From IMG/VR virus record IMGVR_UViG_3300033076_000104, positions 1 through 35,730 of that record: a stretch of DNA of 35,730 nt; one strand, 5' to 3'. The position numbers and the translations under genes are program-made. Positions 32,321-35,730 of this stretch are shown piece after piece. Position 1 is the first letter of the stretch; each line of letters opens with the position of its first letter. Source of the DNA: a virus. Taxonomy: Duplodnaviria; Caudoviricetes. Under the pieces are notes generated by a model that worked only from the letters and a program-made list of their open reading frames with translations, was not told the origin of the DNA and searched no databases.

Positions 32321-33194
32321 CATGGATAATCAGCCAAGCCTTAATGAACTCGCTTTATTTGCAGGCGCAGGAGGAGGAATCCTTGGTGGGAAAATGCTTG
32401 GATGGAGAACAGTTTGCGCCGTTGAATGGGAGCCATATCCAGCAAGCGTATTGTGCGCCAGACAAAATGACGGTTTTCTCCCGCCTTTCCCGATTTGGGA
32501 TGACGTTCAAACCTTTGACGGAAAACCTTGGAGAGGAATTGTTGACGTTGTATCTGGGGGATTTCCTTGCCAAGACATTAGTGCAGCAGGAAAAGGCGCA
32601 GGAATTGACGGAGAACGAAGCGGAATGTGGAGAGAAATGGCTCGCATCATTCGTGAAGTACGACCAAGATTCGTCTTTGTGGAAAACTCACCAATGCTCA
32701 CTTCTCGGGGACTTGGAACCGTTCTCGGAGACTTGGCCTCAATGGGGTTTAATGCGAGATGGGGAGTGTTGGGAGCAAACGCAGTTGGTGCACCCCATCA
32801 AAGAGAGCGCATTTGGATTTACTGTTCCCACCCCAGTAGCAAGCGATGGAACAACAGGGTCTGTAATTGGGAAAAAAGACAACTTTTACGAAACAAAAAC
32901 TGGGATGCCTCGAAAAATAAATCAAAACGGGAAGGATGGTTCAGTTGGGTTGGGCAGATTGGTAAAAATGTGGCCAACTCCAACATCTCACAACGCAAAA
33001 GAATGTGCAAGCCCAAGCGAGTTTACCAGAAACACACCGACATTAGCAGCCCAAGCTGGTGGGAAATTGAACCCAACGTGGACAGAGTGGCTGATGGGGT
33101 GGCCGCTGGAGTGGACAGACTTAAAGCCATTGGAAACGGACAAGTTCCATTATGTGCAGCAACAGCATGGAGAATCCTAAGTGAGCAAATCTAA
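32310..33194 (+). CDS. C5-cytosine DNA methyltransferase, catalytic (alpha) chain lacking motif IX; start may be ATG 32322
   Basis: Motif I LFAGAGG, IV GGFPCQDIS, VI ENSP, VIII PHQRERIW, X LKAIGNGQVP. Confidence 0.93.
   Translation: MEYDMDNQPSLNELALFAGAGGGILGGKMLGWRTVCAVEWEPYPASVLCARQNDGFLPPFPIWDDVQTFDGKPWRGIVDVVSGGFPCQDISAAGKGAGIDGERSGMWREMARIIREVRPRFVFVENSPMLTSRGLGTVLGDLASMGFNARWGVLGANAVGAPHQRERIWIYCSHPSSKRWNNRVCNWEKRQLLRNKNWDASKNKSKREGWFSWVGQIGKNVANSNISQRKRMCKPKRVYQKHTDISSPSWWEIEPNVDRVADGVAAGVDRLKAIGNGQVPLCAATAWRILSEQI
32317..33180 (+). CDS. Overlapping +1-frame ORF, putative methyltransferase beta chain (target-recognition region plus motif IX)
   Basis: 287 codons with no stop inside the MTase gene; AGAGGA RBS 7 nt before ATG; ATGA coupling to the upstream gene; PTP/PTL repeats and LNPTWTEWLMGWPLEWT. 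Confidence 0.8.
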   Translation: MTWIISQALMNSLYLQAQEEESLVGKCLDGEQFAPLNGSHIQQAYCAPDKMTVFSRLSRFGMTFKPLTENLGEELLTLYLGDFLAKTLVQQEKAQELTENEAECGEKWLASFVKYDQDSSLWKTHQCSLLGDLEPFSETWPQWGLMRDGECWEQTQLVHPIKESAFGFTVPTPVASDGTTGSVIGKKDNFYETKTGMPRKINQNGKDGSVGLGRLVKMWPTPTSHNAKECASPSEFTRNTPTLAAQAGGKLNPTWTEWLMGWPLEWTDLKPLETDKFHYVQQQHGES

Positions 33195-33288
33195 AGCCCA
33201 CAACATTTTGAATCAAGTGCGTAACGGAATACACGTTCCTGCTGAATTGATATTACTTGCTTTGATTGCTACTGGTGACTTGTGCTAG
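33181..33288 (+). CDS. 35-aa peptide (MSKSKAHNILNQVRNG...ALIATGDLC), not in the ORF track
   Basis: GTG immediately after the beta-ORF TAA; GGAGA RBS upstream. Confidence 0.6.
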   Translation: MSKSKAHNILNQVRNGIHVPAELILLALIATGDLC

Positions 33289-33470
33289 ATTCATATCAGC
33301 AAGCAATTATCAGAGTGTTTTTAGCGTATAGAGTTAAGTTTGGCAAAGAAGCAATGGAGCGAGCAGTCAAGCAATACGCTAAAGATAAAGCACCTATTGT
33401 GTTAAGTCATGTAGAAAAAGCATGGGCTGTCGGCAACAGAGGTCAGTTTGAAGATGTTAGGGGTTTATGA
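33282..33470 (+). CDS. Hypothetical protein
   Basis: W..GNRG C-terminal motif; overlaps both neighbours. Confidence 0.6.
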   Translation: MLDSYQQAIIRVFLAYRVKFGKEAMERAVKQYAKDKAPIVLSHVEKAWAVGNRGQFEDVRGL

Positions 33471-33769
33471 GAAAAATAGCACGAGTAGACAGGAATCACG
33501 CAGAAGTTGTTGAGTTTCTCAGAAAGCAAGGTGCAACAGTTCGTTCTCTAGCGAATCTTGGCGGTGGAGTCCCTGATTTACTTGTTTCTTACAACAAAGT
33601 TTTATTTTTAATTGAAGTGAAAGACGGTGAAAAACCACCAAGCCAACGCAAGTTGACGCAAGATGAAGCAGATTTCTTTGCGGAATTTGACTCACATTGC
33701 TTTATAGTTTGTAACTTAGATGAAGCATTAGATTTATTAAAAAAGGTGAATGATGAAAGACCCACATGA
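33467..33769 (+). CDS. VRR-NUC / PD-(D/E)xK endonuclease (putative resolvase)
   Basis: ARVD.NH, GVPDLLV, LIEVKDG, LT..E..F. Confidence 0.9.
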   Translation: MRKIARVDRNHAEVVEFLRKQGATVRSLANLGGGVPDLLVSYNKVLFLIEVKDGEKPPSQRKLTQDEADFFAEFDSHCFIVCNLDEALDLLKKVNDERPT

Positions 33770-34076
33770 AGCAGCTACTTATATTTTCAAACACAGCGCA
33801 CTATATGCACAAGCAAAAGCAGATAGGGCTTACCTTGAACAATTCAGGAAAAGCAAGAAAGCCCTGCTAATGGCTCAAAGTGACGCTAAGACAGCGATTC
33901 TCAAAGAGATGGAGGCATACAGCCACCCAGAGTATTTAACGCTGCTAGAGGGGCTTAGAGACGCTGTAAAGACTGAAGAAGAACTAAAGTGGAAGATTGA
34001 ATCTGCAAAGCTGTCAATCGAGATTTGGAAAAGCAACGAATTTGCTAATCGTCAACAAGATAAGGTCATGCGATGA
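33753..34076 (+). CDS. Conserved helical hypothetical protein
   Basis: YAQAKA...YLEQFRKSKKALLM...EAYSHPEY...LKW...IEIW.S..AN.R. Confidence 0.7.
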   Translation: MKDPHEAATYIFKHSALYAQAKADRAYLEQFRKSKKALLMAQSDAKTAILKEMEAYSHPEYLTLLEGLRDAVKTEEELKWKIESAKLSIEIWKSNEFANRQQDKVMR

Positions 34077-34516
34077 ACTGGACACAAGCAGAAGTTAAAA
34101 AATTGAAGGAATTGTGGGATATTGGGATGACAGTAGAGCACATGGCTTTGCGGATACCTAATCGGACACCAATTGCTATTCGTGGCAAATTGCAAAGAAT
34201 GGGGATTGGGTATCATGGTTTTTCTACGATACGCAAAAGCAAAGTTATTCGTGACAAAGTTTATGATGTGCTAATGGAATACGATGGCCTAACAACTGGA
34301 CAAATTGCTGCAAAAGTAGGCTGCACAGAAAACTCTGCTCTATACCATTGCAAGAAGCTAAAAGGATGTGTTCCAGTAAACTGGAGTTGCGGAAGGGCTA
34401 TGTATGGTTTTGGGAAAAGGATGCAAAAACCAAAGCCGTTGACTAAAGCAGAAGTTATGCGTAAACAACACGCAAAAAAACGATTACTCAATAATTTTTG
34501 GCGAATTGCTGCTTGA
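34073..34516 (+). CDS. Double-HTH protein with GcrA/Myb-like N-terminus
   Basis: MNWT..EV..LKELW..G.T...MA.....RT..AIRGK..RMG; second HTH LTTGQIAAKVGCT. Confidence 0.7.
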   Translation: MNWTQAEVKKLKELWDIGMTVEHMALRIPNRTPIAIRGKLQRMGIGYHGFSTIRKSKVIRDKVYDVLMEYDGLTTGQIAAKVGCTENSALYHCKKLKGCVPVNWSCGRAMYGFGKRMQKPKPLTKAEVMRKQHAKKRLLNNFWRIAA

Positions 34517-34526
34517 TTGGATAAAA

Positions 34527-34772
34527 ATGACTGTTCTTAATGCTTTTGACTTATATTTTAATCAAAGAGAGCAAATTAAAGATGAAGAAGTAAAAAATAA
34601 AGATTTGTTAAAGAATGGGATGCGTAAATGCAGGGATTGCAAACAAGTTAAGCCATTTGAAGATTTTTCCAAGAAAGGCAAAAGAGCAGGAAGGCAGGAA
34701 ACTAGAACTGAGTGCAAGTTGTGCAGCAGTATTCGTCGAAAGATACGCAGAGGCACAGGAGGAACTTGGTAA
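34527..34772 (+). CDS. Small zinc-finger protein
   Basis: KCRDCKQVKP..DF...CKLC. Confidence 0.65.
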   Translation: MTVLNAFDLYFNQREQIKDEEVKNKDLLKNGMRKCRDCKQVKPFEDFSKKGKRAGRQETRTECKLCSSIRRKIRRGTGGTW

Positions 34773-34909
34773 TGTGGGTTCTTTTCTTTTATTTAAACCA
34801 AGTTATAACTGTGCAAGTTGATTCACAAGAGAAATGCTTAAAAATTGAGCAAATCATGCAAAAGAACAACCCAACAGCTACAACAAAATGTATAGAAATC
34901 ACAAAATGA
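34772..34909 (+). CDS. Small hypothetical protein (MWVLFF...)
   Basis: TAATG and ATGA overlaps; GGAGGA RBS. Confidence 0.6.
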   Translation: MWVLFFYLNQVITVQVDSQEKCLKIEQIMQKNNPTATTKCIEITK

Positions 34910-35277
34910 CAGTTTTTAATGACCAACGCACATTTATGAAGGCTTGCGGGCAGTCAGTTGATAGCGAGAATCATTCTCAATACTTGTTATATAGAAGTTT
35001 GATGGCTGAAGAAATGGGTGAATTGATTGATGCAGATACGAAAGATGACATTATTGAGCAAGCAGATGCAATCATTGATATTCTTGTTGTAACAATCGGT
35101 GCTGGATTGTCTTTGGGTCTGCCAATGCAGCAACTATGGGATGAAGTAAGGCGTTCTAATTTTTCAAAGATTGATTCTGCAACAGGAAAAGTTAGAAAGC
35201 GTGAAGATGGCAAAGTCCTCAAGCCAGAAGGCTGGAAAGCCCCCAACATTGCAGCAATTTTAAAGGAGCAACTATGA
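34906..35277 (+). CDS. MazG-like / PRA-PH nucleotide pyrophosphohydrolase
   Basis: L..EE..EL...DAIIDILVV..G...EV.RSN.SK...REDGKVLKP.GW..P. Confidence 0.9.
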   Translation: MTVFNDQRTFMKACGQSVDSENHSQYLLYRSLMAEEMGELIDADTKDDIIEQADAIIDILVVTIGAGLSLGLPMQQLWDEVRRSNFSKIDSATGKVRKREDGKVLKPEGWKAPNIAAILKEQL

Positions 35278-35495
35278 GAAAGACTGTAAACAAGCGTCAA
35301 ATCGGCGGTAAACACTACGTTACAAAAGATATACAGCCCTGGGATGCAATGGCTGACTGGATGTCACATGAAGAATTTGTAGGCTACTTGCGAGGCAACG
35401 TCATCAAATACATGGCTCGCTGCAACGAAAAGGGTGGCGTTGAAGATTTGTTAAAAGCGCAACATTACCTAGACAAGCTCATCAGCATCTTATGA
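35274..35495 (+). CDS. DUF3310 (T7 gp1.7 nucleotide-kinase-like) protein
   Basis: QIGG.HY....IQPWD...GN.IKY..R...KGG.EDL.KA.HYL. Confidence 0.9.
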   Translation: MRKTVNKRQIGGKHYVTKDIQPWDAMADWMSHEEFVGYLRGNVIKYMARCNEKGGVEDLLKAQHYLDKLISIL

Positions 35496-35730
35496 GTAAA
35501 ACAGTTGCGGAAAAAGAGCATTTAAATGCAGTAGCCAATCTTGGCTGTTGCTTATGCAGACGATTGGGCTATGAAACTTATGAAGTGGAATTGCACCATA
35601 TCAGAGATATAGGCTTAGGAATTGGTAAGCGCAGCAGTCATTTTGAAGTGCTGCCGCTTTGTGTGCATCACCATCGAGGAAATAATGGTTTTCATGGATT
35701 AGGCAGAAAAGCGTTTGAGCGCAAATACGG
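35492..35730 (+). CDS. ref: Ref-family recombination-enhancement HNH nuclease (5' part; continues at 7-64)
   Basis: E..HL..VA.LGC.LC......ELHHIR..G.G.G.RSSHF.VLPLC..HHRG..G.HG.G.KAFERKY. Confidence 0.85.
   Translation, partial: MSKTVAEKEHLNAVANLGCCLCRRLGYETYEVELHHIRDIGLGIGKRSSHFEVLPLCVHHHRGNNGFHGLGRKAFERKY

Noticed and set aside
1-35730. Alternative genetic code or stop-codon reassignment
   Set aside because: Standard-code ORFs tile both arms densely with full-length terminase, portal and coat; TAA, TAG and TGA all serve as stops.

Overview
The window is almost certainly a complete, circularly permuted ~35.72 kb genome of a P22-like (podovirus-morphology) tailed phage. The last 6 nt (ATACGG, 35725-35730) equal the first 6 nt, and joining them restores an intact Ref-family nuclease ORF across the junction. 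Transcription diverges from a control region at ~29.93-30.04 kb. The minus strand runs from ~29.9 kb to ~0.09 kb and carries, in order: a repeat-punctuated array of small mosaic early genes; ERF, an RNA-polymerase alpha-CTD-like protein, YqaJ exonuclease and SSB; GroES; a stand-alone ADP-ribosyltransferase-like protein; terS/terL, portal, scaffold and coat; ~6 kb of fibre/decoration genes; gp4, an HNH gene, gp10 and three ejection proteins; a tail fibre; and lysis genes. The plus strand carries a Cro-like HTH, a replication initiator with internal iterons, a C5 DNA methyltransferase, VRR-NUC, MazG-like, DUF3310 and Ref genes. I recognised no integrase, CI repressor, Q antiterminator, spanin, tRNA or CRISPR. 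The most striking signals are: (1) a C5 methyltransferase split across two almost fully overlapping reading frames; (2) a structured, pseudoknot-capable RNA leader on the replication gene and a loop-E-type RNA after groES; (3) an alpha-CTD mimic; (4) early genes joined by repeated RBS/start-stop linkers; (5) a fibre gene broken by a +1 frameshift; (6) promoter pairs sharing exact operator-like boxes; (7) near-total avoidance of GATC and CCGG. All family assignments come from motif recognition by eye, not from database searches.
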